DNA from: Paraspadella gotoi
Taxonomy: Eukaryota; Animalia; Chaetognatha
DNA: 64,000 nt
Direction: 5' to 3'
Assembly: GCA_051294375.1 (NCBI GenBank)
Contig: CM119264.1
Span: 4,365,392-4,429,391 of the forward strand
The notes below the pieces were generated by a model. It ran no database searches, was not told the origin of the DNA, and was given only the letters and a program-made list of their open reading frames with translations. Numbering within the stretch: position 1 is the stretch's first letter; the number at the start of each line of letters is the position of its first letter. Shown here piece by piece: positions 38,201-52,530 of this stretch. The position numbers and the translations under genes were made by a program.

Positions 38201-39747
38201 TGCTCGTTTCGATGTTTCGTCGTGTGTCTTCGGCGTCGAAGAGTCCGCACTCCGCAATACAGGGTTGTTCTCCTCGTTTGTTATCAAAATTGTTTTTCGT
38301 TATCTACTCAGTGAAATGTAGGGATATTTGATAAAAGCAAAAGCAGGAACTGCCAAACAATGTCCAACTCGGTTTTTTCAATATTTATTGATGACAAAAG
38401 ACGACAACGACAGAAAATACATTGAAAACTCGAATGACAATGACGAATGTTTTATCGTTAGCGTCAGAATCAATGACAACGAAATAAAACAACGGATTTA
38501 GGAAGAGATCAAAGACAACATCCCTGACAAAGATAACACCACAAGACCGACAACGAAGGTCACTCCCTCAACAAAAGACATAACGTGTACTCCTTTTACA
38601 ATTATAATTACAAAGACAACGTCCACAATGACAACAGCAACTAGGCCCTCAATAACAACAACAACAACGAGGATCCCCGTCGGCCGATGAATCTCCTTCG
38701 ATCTAATGAGTTCGAAAAGACGAGAGAGATCATGATTTCGACCATTACTCGGGATCGTTAGCGCTTTGTGCCTCCAAATCTGAGGCCAAATCTGAGGCCA
38801 AATCCTAGGCCAATCTCTTTTTTTCTCTTTAATCCCTGCAGACATGCGCCTTCTTTTCTTTCCACTTTCCTTTTTTTTTTTCCTTTTTTTTTTCTCCCTT
38901 TTTCAAAAAAGGAAGAAAAAAAAAAGGATTCTTTGAGGAGAAAATCGAATTCGATGGAATTCAGATCGAAAAGAAAAAAAGGGGAAAAAAAAGATGCGGA
39001 TGGAATAATGGTTCCAATCGTCATCGTCTTCTTTTTCGTCGTCGTCGTCGTCGTCGTCGTTGTTTTCTTCCTCATCATTTTAGTCGTTGTCATCATCAAC
39101 TTCTTCTTCGTCGTCGTCTTTGTCATATTCTTCTTCCTCGTCGTCGTTTACATCGTCGTCGTCGTAGTTATCCCTATCGTCTTTCGCCTCATCCGTCTTG
39201 ATCGTCTGTCATTTCGTCATCACTGAAATCATGACATACATCTTGACATGAACACAATCTTGATCTGACACACGATTGACAACGTCATTATTACGATCGA
39301 GATAAGATCTTGTCCAATAACGATTCTAGATTGTAAGAGTTCTGAAATAATTTAAACTGCTACAATATGCAAATTGGTTAAGGAACTCAATTATAAGATT
39401 AATTTGAACTTAAACAAAAGCTACTCTGCAACAAGCAATGTTAAACTAAAAGAGTATTTGGTAATACTCAATAAGGTACTACCACAGTATGAATCCCATA
39501 AAGGAATCTTGTCTTCCTTCCGAAGCAGGTTTAACTGATAAAGAAAACATTGCAAAAAAGAGTATTAAGCTAAATTATTTTCTAACGATCTTCATCTTTC
39601 CTCACAAAATCATTATCTTCTTCTCCCAAATTTTTCTCTCCCTTAGACCATTTTTCTCGTGTATTATTTTTTTTTGGAAAGGGAGGGAACGAAAAGAGTT
39701 TTAAAAAATTGCTACTATGCGATAATGTTTCCCGCGCGCTCGCAACC

Positions 39748-39754
39748 ATCATCG

Positions 39755-39821
<67 letters not shown>
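39748..39821. repeat. (ATC)n microsatellite
   Basis: Direct inspection. Confidence 0.95.
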
Positions 39822-39822
<1 letters not shown>

Positions 39823-40491
39823 TCAAGTTAATCAGACCCTGTAAAGATTTCGTCGTTATCGTCGTCGTCGTCGTCCTCGTCGTTATTAATAAACTTTGGC
39901 AATCGGGAAAAATAATTAATTTTTAAATGATCTCAATTTCTGATTAAATATTTTTTTCTCGGAAGCATAAATGAGTTTGTTTTTTTTCGACCGAATTAAT
40001 TAACTAATTAATTGATTACATATCCGGACGAATCAATTTCGCGAACCGAAAATTTATCCGAATCGAAGGTTAACCGAAGGCTGTAAAGTCGTGTTACTTC
40101 AAAAACGGAGAAAAAGGTTAGGTGTTAGGGTTGAGGCACGGAGATGTACAGGAATTAATTTAGGTGATAATTTAGTTTTAAGATATAAACGGTTGTTTTT
40201 TTAAAGATGATCACATTAAAAATGTTCCACAATATTATTTTAATAATATAAAATAAATTTCGGAAAATGCCGAACTATCCTCTTAAAAGAATACTACCCC
40301 CGTTATCGAACCCGGGAGCTTCCGGCCCGCACCGTCGATCCTACTCGCCCCTGATTCGGTCGAACCCTGGCGTCGCCGCACGTCCACGAGAGAGTCGCGG
40401 ATAATAATGACAAGGAAAAACAAAGGACTAATCAAAAACAACCTCGAGAAACGGAAAAGAAAACAAAGGATCAGAACGCCCTCTTTCTGAG

Positions 40492-40643
<152 letters not shown>

Positions 40644-40960
40644 AAATAAATTTGGAATAAATTCTTTGCAATCGTAAGGGAGACACGAAAATCAACAACA
40701 GGTGGAGTTGGGGGGGCGTCTTATCAAAACAAAAGGGACGACGGACGGAATTAGTTACAATCGTCGGTAGAGGAAAGGAAAGGAACAAACATCGAAGAAA
40801 AGGAGGAAAGGAAAGGAAAGAAAAGGAAAGGAAAGAGAGAAAGGTAATTTAAGAAGAAAGAATAACAGGAAGGAGGAAGGGAAATTAGGAAATGAGGACA
40901 AAGAGATTTCTAAAAATGAACAGGAAAGGTAATGGGATAGGGAATTATAAAGGAAGAATA

Positions 40961-40961
40961 A

Positions 40962-41044
<83 letters not shown>
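40961..41044. repeat. (AAAG)n microsatellite
   Basis: Direct inspection. Confidence 0.95.
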
Positions 41045-41375
41045 CATTGAAAAAAGACGTGTAAAAAATGATAATAATAAACACTGAAATTTAAAAAAGA
41101 AACATAAAGAAAAATAATGAAAATGAGAGATAGAAATAGAATCGGTGACGTCAGCGACGGGAAAAAACAAGAAAACAACAAAAACAAAACAAGAATTCCA
41201 GGTGGAAAACAAAAGAGCAACGGATTTGGTTCGGAGGAAAGAAAAAGAAATAAAATGAATCGAAGTGAAATCGACGGCGAAAATATTCTTCCTCTCGATA
41301 TCATCCAGAAATCATCACGACGAAACAAAAAAAACACAAAAGAAAACAAAGATAAAACAAAACAAAACAGGGGTC

Positions 41376-41437
41376 GACGAGGACGAGGACGAGGACGACG
41401 ACGATGACGACGACGACGGCGACGGCGACGACGATGA

Positions 41438-41476
<39 letters not shown>

Positions 41477-41479
41477 TGA

Positions 41480-41514
<35 letters not shown>
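41376..41514. repeat. (GAC)n/(GACGGC)n compound repeat
   Basis: Direct inspection. Confidence 0.9.
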
Positions 41515-41516
<2 letters not shown>

Positions 41517-44500
41517 CTCTCGGATCGAAAAAAGAAAAGTCAACATCGAAGGCTCTTTTCGCTGTTTGAATCGATGAATAAGACGACGACTATGACGACG
41601 ACGACGACCACGACGACGAAGACGACGACTGTGAAGTTTTCGTTAACGACGACGACGAAGATAAAATTGACCATTTTCTCTCATTAGATTAGTCAGACGG
41701 AAAATATTCATTTTTAAAACTTTAAATTAAATTGAATTAAGTCAAATTAAATTAAACTTTAAATATTAAGCTTTAACACTTTCAATTCGCTTAAACTTCA
41801 TTTTTCGAAGGAAAATTTAAAAAAATTCAATTGTCCATCGAATGTTTTTCATTCATTTCGTTTCCTTTCGTTTTTCTCGATTCTGGTTCGTTCACTCGAC
41901 GTAACAACGAGAAGACATCGGCGCCGATACCGATATTGGCTCTGGCGAAAAAAAAAACAAAAACGAAACGAAGCGACTAAATCTCAGGTGCCGTTCTTTA
42001 TTTCGTTGTTGGGAAAAGAGAGATTGGGGAAAGGGGATTGGGGATTGGGGATTGGGGAAAGGGATTGGGGAAAGGGATGTGGATAAAGAAAAATTTTTGG
42101 GCGAAAAGGTTTTCAAGAAAAAACTTTTTTTTTCTCCTTCGGATATTGACTCGTTTTTTTCTCTTCGTTTGGTTTAGCGCGTGAAGGAAACCTTTTCGTT
42201 TCTTGCACTTTTTTACCCTTTTTTTTGTTTAGGTGAGTGGTTCTTTTGTTTTTTGTTTTTTTCCTTTTTTTTTTTTTTTTGCTTCTTTTCCTCGACATTT
42301 GCTCTTTTTTTTTCTTTGGGGGCTAAAAAAAAAAAAAACATAAAAAAATTAGAAAAGGAAAAAAATTAGGACGTAAAAGAAAAGTAACAGAAAGGAAAGG
42401 GTAAATTGAGAAGAGAAAAAAGAAAAGTGACTGAGGGGGAGAAAAATAAAACCCATGGGAAACGTCATGCGTCTCAGGGGTTTATTGAAGTCCACGCCCT
42501 CTCAAAAAGAGGGAGACAGAGAGAGACCGAGAAGAGGGGGGGGGGGGCATGACCCGTGTCCGGTCCGGCGAGCTGGAACGCTCGCGAAGCTCGGCAGAGA
42601 TAGTATGGCTGCGCTGTGGTTATTATTCGAGATCGTCTTTATCATTATTTGGAGTCCGTAGTCAGTGATGCGAGGAAGACGCTACCAAACCGTAAATATT
42701 AACGACGGGACAAACGTAGAGGCGAATGATGAGTAAGAAAGAAGCGGGACCATATTGTATTTAAAACAGTAAATACTGGAGACGGGAAAATTTGTTTGTC
42801 TTTGGATGAAAAATTAATTAATTTTAATAAAGCTGATCCCACACCGCACAATTTTTAATCAACACTCCGCCAATTGATTTTTATTTTGCCCAGACCCATC
42901 CGACAGATCTTTAACGGTTTATGTATTTGACTATGTTTGCGGTTGTTACCTTAAATAATACTCGTTTCGTTCCGGTCCGTAGGCGCTGTCTCTCTCAGAG
43001 TGGCCGCGCATCCTCGGATCTGTGAGGTCCGTGATAAGCTGAAATTTTTTTATCTGTCCTTTGATACATTGACGAATAAAGCCGGATCGTCTATCGTTTG
43101 TATTTCCTTTTGCTTTTTTTAAGTTAACCCTGTTATCTGACTCTTTGGCAAAGTATCCGTTTATCATCTTCGCACTCCGCGGAATTTCGATTTTTAACGG
43201 TTACTAGTGTATTCGACTGTTTTTAAAACTTATCCAAAAAAGTTCCCGCCTTTTCATCGGTTGTTTCTTTGTTTAACGTGCTTTAAATTTTAGCATTTGG
43301 TAATTGTATCAACGCACTCCCACCGATGTTGTAGTCTTGTTGCCTTTTGTCCTGCCATCTTGTGTTTTGTTGCTGCCTTGATTGGTTAACCGGTCCGGCA
43401 TCTCATATGTCTTGTCAAGTCGTATTTTCTTTTTAATTCATCTTGGGAAACTAAATCGTTTCTTTCTGCGTATTTTTAAGTAAAGTTCTCTTGATGTTTT
43501 TTTTCCGCATATATACTTTTTACAGAGGAAAAGTCCGTTTTTTTTCTGGTCACCTGTGACTTTTAACAGTCCTTATCTCATGAGACAGTTTGCTATAAGC
43601 TGAGAGAAGCTCACTATAAAAGTTCCTAGAATGAAGGAATGCAAACGATCGGCCCAATGAAGAGAGAAGGAGACATAAAACAGAGCAATCAAAAGACTGA
43701 GGTCGAACCCTTTGTTCTGTCGTGTGGTGTAGTGTGATTTAAAAGATGATTTAATAACTGTCTCACAGTACGCCCAATTTTTAATACTAAAGCCTCGACG
43801 ATATGTTTATTTGTCAATACTGAAGTAATTTATACGTTTCTCTACTCTTGTCTTTCTCTTCTTTGTTGCAAACAATATGTATCATTATTTTCCGGTAGTT
43901 TTTTAGAAAACTTTTTATTCTTTTTTACCATCTTGGATAAAAATAGCCTGTTTTTTCTTTGTTTTTTACAAAATGTGTGGGTGTTATCCTGCTTTGGACA
44001 ACTTATGCGTCTTTGCCGCCTGTATTTAAACGTCTTTTTATCACTTTTTTTACGTTTTAGAGAAAAGTCGTTGTGACATCAGTGTTTTTTTTATTATTTT
44101 TTAGCATTGGAAAAAAAGGCTAACACGCCTTTGCCCCGTTTTAGTTTTTATTAAGTTTTATGTGCTTTTTACCATTGAAAAAAAATCGCTTTTCTGTTTA
44201 TTTTCTACAAGTGTTATTGAGTCTTTTAACGACGAAAAGGTGCGTTTTGCTCATTGGTGATTAACGTTTTTATCTTTGGTAGGTTGAGAGCAAGGCTACA
44301 TTAAAATTTAAAGAGAAAAGGAAGAGGAGAAACGGGAGACACTTAACAGAATTAAAGACGGAGAAAAATTTGTCTGTTTTCGATAAAAAAAGATTATTTA
44401 CATAAAACTGTCCTCACCCAATTTTAACAACCCTCGATGTGATTATGTTGCAGTATTTAACGGCTTCTTTATTTTCTTGTTTCTTTGAAATATCGTTTTC

Positions 44501-46762
44501 CGGGATGCTTTTTTTTTAAAAAATTTTCTATTCTGCTTTTTTTTTACATTGGAAAAGCGGTTTTGTTCGCTTTGTTTTTTAAATGTTTGTTATCTCTGTT
44601 GGAAATGTCCGCCTCGTGGGGGTTTGTTTTAACGGTTTTGTACTTACTTTTTTACTGTTAGAAAGCAGTCGTTTATCGTCGTTTGTTTTTTGTAACCTTT
44701 CTTTCTTACATTGGAAAAAACGTTTGCTGCGTTTCTGTTTTTAACAACTGTTTCTCGTATTTCCTTTTTACTTTGCGGGGAAAAGATCGGGTTTTGCCTG
44801 TCTATTTTTTTAAGTTTTACGTTACTCTTTTTACAGAGCAAAAGTCCGGGTTTTCTGGTGCTATTTAAATAGCGTTTCTTGATCTGATTGGAAGTGAGGA
44901 GAAACAGCTAGCATAAAGATGTAAAGGAGAATAAGAGACGGGGGTGAGGAGAAANNNNNNNNNNNNNNNNNNNNNNNNNTTTCTGCGGCGACGGCGGATA
45001 ATTTATTTCCTGCTCTCCAACATAACATAGTTTATGGTCGCTGATTTCGTGCCAAGAGGACATCAAAAAAGCCTCGGCGAAAGGCAAAGGCGAAAAAGAG
45101 GAGGCGAAACCCGAGCGGCGGGCGCCACCCCTTGGAAAGACGGCGCCACACCATGGAGAGAGGGGGCACTGCATGAAAATAGGGGGGCACCCCTGAGGAA
45201 CACTCTTCGGAAATAAGGGGGCACTCCATGGATATAAATAGCACCGTTGTTGAAAAAACAGCAGCCACAAAGAGAAGGAAACTCCCAGTTGAAAGAGGAA
45301 ACTCTATGGAAAATGGGGGGAATTCCATAGAAAGAGGGCGTACTCATGTGGAAAGAAGCCCCCTTGAAAGTTCCTGCGGGGCACCACAGCACCACACCAC
45401 AGCACCACAGCACCCAAACGGACCTTAATGAGTAATGCTTGCGCTGACAGCGGCACAAACAATAGTTGGTTTTTTTTTTTACTGATATATATTTTTAAAT
45501 ACTCGTGGGAGAAACTCATGAGACCCATATTTGTAAATAAATATTTTTCTTTTCTTTTCAATTACCAATGATCATTTTGCTTTTAGTCAGATTTTTCGTT
45601 TCCGTTGATCTCCCTACACATAAAAAAGTTGTAACTTTCCCTCCGCTTCATTCTAAACACACTTGGCCGAAATGCCCGCTATTTTCCCGACGTCCGATGG
45701 CACAGTCACTTGTCCAAGCACCACTCCGTGGAACGGCCTGAAAAAGAATGACTCTTTGCCATGTAAAATGACGCGCTCTGGAATATTTTCTCTCTGGTAA
45801 ACAGTTTTTTACGGCGCAAACATAGGATGAGAAGAGAGGTTAAAAGAAAAAGATGTTCCGGAAAAGGTTCGCCGACACGACGGACGATGCATTCGATCAG
45901 TGAGTCAAGTCTGGTTACACGAGATCAGGGACGCGTCACTTATGACCAAATATAATGGATATTAACTAAAGAAATAGACCGTCAAAACTTTTTAAAGTTT
46001 ATTGGTCCATCGATGGAATAAAAATGGCGTCTATGACGTCACAAAGACCCGATCCGATTTTAAAATGGAGATTTTGAGGGAGAGAGAGACCTCTGGTGGA
46101 AATTTGAAAAAGTCCGTCGCGTGTTGCTCGGCTGTTGGGACCAGAAACAAAAGGCTTCCTAACCGAAACAAAAGGGAAATGCGAGGAGAAAGTAGGAATG
46201 AGAGAGAGAGNNNNNNNNNNNNNNNNNNNNNNNNNNNNNNNNNNNNNNNNNNNNNNNNNNNNNNNNNNNNNNNNNNNNNNNNNNNNNNNNNNNNNNNNNN
46301 NNNNNNNNNNNNNNNNNNNNNNNNNNNNNNNNNNNNNNNNNNNNNNNNNNNNNNNNNNNNNNNNNNNNNNNNNNNNNNNNNNNNNNNNNNNNNNNNNNNN
46401 NNNNNNNNNNNNNNNNNNNNNNNNNNNNNNNNNNNNNNNNNNNTTGACATCGAGCGTCTGCACTATTGCAACATGTGTGAAACAACAAAAATAACTTCGA
46501 TAACGGGTAATGTACAATCTTACTTAAATTGTTATTTTTAATTGTCGGGACTCCTTTGTTAAAAATATGACTTTTATCTTGTCAGACACCAGGCGTCGGC
46601 GTGGATTTGAATTCCTAAAGATATACCTTTATCTACATAATTTTTGCATATACTTTTTTCAAATCCTCCCCCAAAAAGTGTACGTACTATGTATGTACTA
46701 AATTTCGATTTTAAATTACCAATAAAACCACATTTTTGACTAAATGACTGAAATAAACTTTG

Positions 46763-46797
<35 letters not shown>

Positions 46798-47433
46798 NNN
46801 NNNNNNNNNNNNNNNNNNNNNNGGAACCACCAGAATTTTTTTCTTTTCGTAAACAAAGGCCTGTAGGGTGAAAAACTATTTGTGGTAAACATTTGTTTTA
46901 TTTACTACTATTGGCAAATTTAATTTTTCCCTTTTCTGGAAACAAATAGTTTAAAATAGCTTAACGATTTCGCAGGAAAAATTGGATTTTTGGGCCTTTA
47001 CGTGCAGTTTGAAAGAACTTATTGAACCGGAAGGGAATTAACGAGTTGGAAAGTTTTAGGACCACAAATATTCCCACTAAAAAAAATTGTTCAAAAAAGC
47101 TAGTCCGAGTTTAAACTAAAACTTTCTAAAGGGGGAGGGGCATTCTCTTCTTTATTTCATTTTTCCTTTTCATGTCGAGGGGGAGAAATATCAGAGAATT
47201 TAAATAATTCCCAGCAAAAGAAATGGGGTAATCTGGAACAAGTAAAACTTACTGGCGGGCCGCATCAGCGCAAGACGGAGGAAAGCTGCTGGCACTCCGG
47301 GAAGGGTTGTTGAAGCCCTTTTTACACATAGGATCGATCGAATGCCCTCTATTACCAAAATGGCAAATATTTACAGGGGAAAACAATTTACAAAAAAAAC
47401 TGTCCCAGGCAAAAAAAATCTAACCTGAGGTAT

Positions 47434-48610
47434 TTATTTGGAACACCGGATTTGGACTGGGACGGTATAAAGATTTTCCCCACGGAAAGGGCTTCCAACC
47501 CGGCCATAAGGCGATTCCCGGCTGTTTTTTCCCGAGGGATCAAGCCTCCTCTTGACGAAACATAAGTCGTTTTTTTTTAAAGTTAAAGCCGCCCGGTTTT
47601 TGGGGCCGGACGGGGCGGGGACGGATCGAGTAAAAGCGGAAAATTTCGTTTTCGTTATAGCATTTTGGTTTTCGGGTTGGGAGTTTTTTGGGGACGGAGG
47701 GTCGAAGTAAAAGGTCAATTTTCTCCTGGAAAGTTACGATGATGATGGAGCGGTGGGGGTCTCTTTGAGGCAAAGGCCCTGGCGGGGCCCAAACCGTTTC
47801 GTGAGGGATTCGGTTTTAGTGTTGGAAAGGGCGATTATGGTTTTTGTGTGTTTGGAGTTGTAGTTTGTTTTGTGGATCAAAACGATGAAGACCGCGGAGG
47901 GGACCGTTCCCGGCGGGAAAAAGAATCTTTTGAAAGGGCGAGGGAGGGGGATAAGGTCTTGTCCCTTCGTTAAGGAATTTCCACCGAAGCGGGGTAGGAA
48001 CGAGGACGGACGGAGATCGGGAAGGCGGAGGAGAAAAGGCTCCCGGTGGGACGTGTTAAGCGGGACATTGGCCGGGGTACGGGGGTAGGCCGGAAAAAGG
48101 GGCGGAAGGGGGGGCGGGAGCGAGGGGAAACCGAAGGGGGAATGGCCGGATCCGGATCGGCAAGGGCGGGGTTTGCGGAAAGGAAGGTTAGCTTCGGGAA
48201 AAACCGGCCGATTTTGCCAGGGGACCGGTTTTCCGTAGGGGTAACTCCCCGCCGGGCGACTTTGCGTTGGTCTCTTTTTCAAGGGAGTTTCGGGAAAAAG
48301 GGGGTTTGCTGGCCGTTTTGCCCGCACCGGCCCGGCCGGTTGGGAGGGGCTGAACGTCTTTCGGGGCTGGTGGACACCGTCTTGCTGGGCTGGAACCGAG
48401 GAACCCGTTGGACTTTCCAACGCTCCCGCCAGGGAGTCCGGAACGGGGCTAGAGTTCTCGAAATAACTTGATAAGGATTCCGGCGATTTTTTAATGAACC
48501 CTCGGGGCGAACAAAGGCGGTGGACTGTTCATGTTTGACTTAAACGAGGGGCGGGGATAAAAATTAAAAGGGGGACGCGGCCGCGCTCGGAAAGGGGACC
48601 CACCAGGCCG
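47434..48610 (-). CDS. Toll-like receptor 3' coding region (LRRCT-like + TM + TIR domain), obscured by frameshifts
   Basis: Stitching minus-strand frames gives TIR motifs in the correct order: H.AFLS (box 1, ~48020-48050), G..L..PF(K)..F.PG (box 2, ~47900-47960), IHKT.YNSKHT..IIALSN...ES, RDPHRSIIIVTFQEKIDLLLRPSV.K.L.TRK..YNENE.F. Upstream are P.PWQNRPVF...PC and a TM-like stretch ending AY(R). Boundaries are approximate. Confidence 0.55.
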
Positions 48611-51600
48611 AAATTATAATAAGTAGTAAAAATATAAAAAATATTTAATCCTCCCGTCGGAATTCAGAAGAAATGATTCTTTTGGTTTTATTAAATTCCT
48701 AAGAAGGTTAAAATATACAAACGGGTTTTACTTTGGGAGTTTTACCAAAAAATAAGGCCGGCGCGGAGAGAAAAAAAAAAAATTTTGGAACGAATTACTG
48801 GTCTTTTTCGATTGATTTTGTGTTTGTTTTTTCTCGCTGCAGTCGCAAGAAAAACTAAAAAAATTTCCCTTTCTTCTTTCGCAGGAAAACGAGGGAGGGA
48901 GAGGGGGGACCAGAGTTTGCGCGGGTTGGGGCGACCGGAGAGGAAAAAGCGGCCGCTTTTACTGGTTCGGGAACGATCCCGAGGGCTGAACTCCCAACCT
49001 TCGCGTCGGCAATCGTTCCTCTTTAAAACTCGTCGTCCCGCTTTCTTTAATTTCGGTCGGTTTCGTCAACTTTCTCGCCTCTCTCCGCTCGGTGTATTTC
49101 GAATCGTTTAAAATAATAAAAAAAAAAAGCAAACGTTACCTTTTCTCGCTCTGTTTCTCCACCTCTGCGCTGTTCCCTTTCGCGTTTTTTCGTTTCTCTT
49201 TCCTCCGGCAAATTGGAGAGAGGAAAGAGAAAACGGCAAGCAGGCGGTTTCAACGGGGAAACAGGGGGAAACTTATCTTCCTCCCAAGGCTGCCGCTTTT
49301 TTCCTGGGAGGTGACGTTTAAGAATAACCCCGGGCTGCGGGGGAGGATTCGACGGAATCGGCGGAAGCGAATTTTGGTCGGGAAAAAGGAGAGCGAAATT
49401 ACCGCCGTGTCCATCCCAACTTGGAGAATAAAAAAATAGGAACCGCCGATTTGGGCCGGAAGGAGGACGGAAAGGGAGAGGAGGAGAAAGAAGTTCGGCG
49501 CGACCAGGACCAGAGGAGAGAGAGAAGAAAAAATTATTGCGTTTGGGTGCGTTTATGCCGCACGCTTGTTGTGTTGTTTTTGCGTTGCCGTTTGTGGCCG
49601 ATCTGGAGGGTTTTATTCCTTCGCCGCCTTTTGCTCTGGAATTTCGAAAAAGAGGAAAAAAAAAAATTAATCGATTTTTTAAATTTTAGGACGCCGCGCT
49701 CGAAGATTGAGAGAGAGGGGAGAATTAGAGAGAAAGAAGAGCATAATCAGTAAAAAGGAAAATAAAAACGAAAAATTTAACCTCAAAAAACACGGAATTC
49801 AAAAAATTCCGGGAAAAATTGTGAATTTGAAAGAAGGAGGAAGAAAGGGAGGGAAAGCAGAGGACGACCAGTGTTTATCATTTCCCATTTTACCCAAAAT
49901 TAAAAAGGGGGGAAGTGGGCAAAATGGGAGCGGCCCGTTGGAATAATCGGAAGGAAAAGGTGGGTAGGAGTGTGGCAGGGTCCGTTTTTTTTTAAATTAT
50001 TGATGACCACGAAAAACCGGGAGTCGGATGGATTTCGGCTGGCAAGGAGATTGAGCAAAAAAGGCATAATTTAATCCCAGCAATGGAGAAAAAACTAAAA
50101 ATTAAAATTGAAACGAAATTCAAAAACTCCACCCAATAAGTCATTTCAAGTGGGATGAATATATAATTAATTTAAAAACATAACAGAGGCGGAATATCCT
50201 TGGAATCCGCCCCGTCCAAGGGCAAGGCAAGCACGATGAGGAAATTTCGGGGCGGGGCGTCGCCCTATATTCCGGAGGTGGGACGCCCAGCAAGCAGGGC
50301 AAGCAGGTTTTTTTCGTGCAAATGCAAATGGCGATTTATTAAGTTTAGCGCCGCTGGCGAGAACCTATTCACCAACTTAGCACGGGGTCCGATATTAAAG
50401 AAGGTTATTGCATTTGGTTTAAAAGAAAAAATTGTTTACGATTATTTATCATGAAAAAAAAAATTATTTACTTCCCCAAAAGTTGTAAAAAAAATTAAAC
50501 CCGATGCTTTGGGATGGACAGTATTGTTTGATTGAACATTTTGATTTTTCAGGAAACATACTTCTTTGGGAAAAAGGGAATTTAATCGGGGGATTTTAAT
50601 TAAACATTAAAAATTGGAAGTTTCCAAAAACCCAATTTCCTTTAAGGGGGGAAAGGCAACGGATTTTGTTTTCATTTGTTGGTTGACTTGATTTAAAATT
50701 AAATCTAAACCCAAATTTGTTCTTTATCTTTTTTAATGAATTTAGTTCTTTAAAAACATTTTAAATGTTAAAAAACGGTATTTTTTGTTTTCGGCGGCAT
50801 TACTTTTTGAACGTTTAAATTTTACAACCGTATTTAAGGGGACCTAGATGTTTTTTATTTTTTAATTTTTTTACTGTTTTTGGTTTTATAGGGGGAACCA
50901 TTTTCTTATTCTTGAACGTTCTTGGGAACCGTTATTTCCAACAAAACAGGTTTTCTTTATTTTTAACTTAGGGTTTTTGAACATTTTTATTGTTTGTTAG
51001 TGTTCTTTGTTTTTTTAAAAAATAAAAAAAAAAAAAACGGCTTCATTCTGAAAAAGGCATCGGGAGGGGCAGAAAGGGGGAAAACGAGTTAAATAGTAAA
51101 TGATGCTTAGTTAGCAGATATTGAATTTACGGAAAATGCCAAAAGAAAAAGTGGAACAAAATTTTTTTCAGGGCGTTAATGGCAAACCCAATCCAAGGGG
51201 AAATTTCTGTTTATTTGTTTCCTTTGGGGAAAAACAAGTTTATAATCACAGCGAAAAAACGAACGGAAGGGCAGGGAATTTGAAAACCGATCAGGAAAAA
51301 AAAAAAATTTTGTTTTGTTTTTTAATTCTTCGGATGTTACTGAAATAATAGATTACATTTTTTAATTGAATTATTTGGAATTTTTTTTGGATATTTGAAA
51401 AAACCCATAAACATAATTGGGAATTATTTTGAAATAATTGAATATGTTTAAAAAATCGTAAAAAAGGGGTTGCCCAGAGAGGGTTGGTTTCTTTTTATTA
51501 CTGGAGAAATTTCGCGCAATCTTGAAAGGGCCGAGCTAAGGAAGTTCGATTAATTTAGCAAAAACAAAAATTTACCTTAGTGTTTAATTCATTAATTGAG

Positions 51601-52114
51601 GAAGAGGCTTCCTCTTTCTTCACTAATAAAAAATTATCATATACTTATTAAAACATTGAAATAGAAAAAAAAAATTTAAAAAAACTTTTGCAGTTAATCT
51701 AAAGGTAAATAAAACCCCAATCTTCATATAAACTCAAAATATATTTACTGTTTCCCCCATATTTCAAGAAACTAGGATTTTGATTCCGTTTTGTTTATTT
51801 CAAAACATTTTTAAAAATTTCATTAATATTTTAGGAAGATAATTTTTTTTTAAAATGGGAAGGGGAACAATGTTTTTGGTCTATTTTTTTAAAAACCCCA
51901 TACGGGCATTAGTGCAGTCTGTTTTAAATGGGTCCCAATCTTAAAAAGGGAAAACGGCCAAAAAAAAAAAAAAAGAAACCACCATGTTATTTTTTAAAAT
52001 ACATAGGTTTTTATGTTTTTCTTATATTCTTAGTGTTTTCTTTTTGCGCCCTCCAATGTATTGATTTTTTTATTTTCTTATTTTAAAAAAATTTAAAAGT
52101 ATTAAGTACAAAAA

Positions 52115-52530
52115 CCTTATATTGGCGTGGTTTCCGGTAACGTTTACGTCCCGGAGTAATTTGAAGGGCCGCTTGGATTGGGCGGGCCGTTGGTGGAATA
52201 AGTTGTTAGCTGGAACCGGTATTCGGTTTTTTACAAAAGCAGTGTTCCTGGTGAGGGAATGGTATTTATCCCTGGGTGGGAAGTGACCGGTTTGTTGGAA
52301 TTTCTTGAAAAGGAACATTTTTTGAAGCAAAAATTTAAATAAATTGAAAAAAACCCAATATAATTTAAAGAAAATGAAACATGACTGGCAAAAACCAATT
52401 TCAAGCAAACAATCCCTTTCAGGGTTACATTCGCCAGGGATTACGGGGTGAAATTAGCGGATTCACAAACTATTTTGGGTTAGGGGAAGGGGGACCAAGC
52501 GGCGCTTTACCCATCAACATTTTGGGAATA
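52115..52530 (-). CDS. Leucine-rich-repeat exon fragment(s), probably of the same Toll-like receptor
   Basis: ORF 52070-52408 contains HSL....FVKNRIPVPANNLF and KLLRDVNVTGNH, both LxxLxLxxN-like, in a GC-richer patch within AT-rich DNA. Confidence 0.35.

Noticed and set aside
35256-38250. Long ORFs spanning N runs (also 21012-21884, 45999-46541, 58050-58754)
   Set aside because: They are open only because N gaps contain no stop codons.
38758-38830. RFamide-like neuropeptide precursor (KRKKEIGLGFGLRFGLRFGGTKR)
   Set aside because: It arises from a 12-bp triple repeat (CCAAATCTGAGG). There are no basic cleavage sites between units and no signal peptide.
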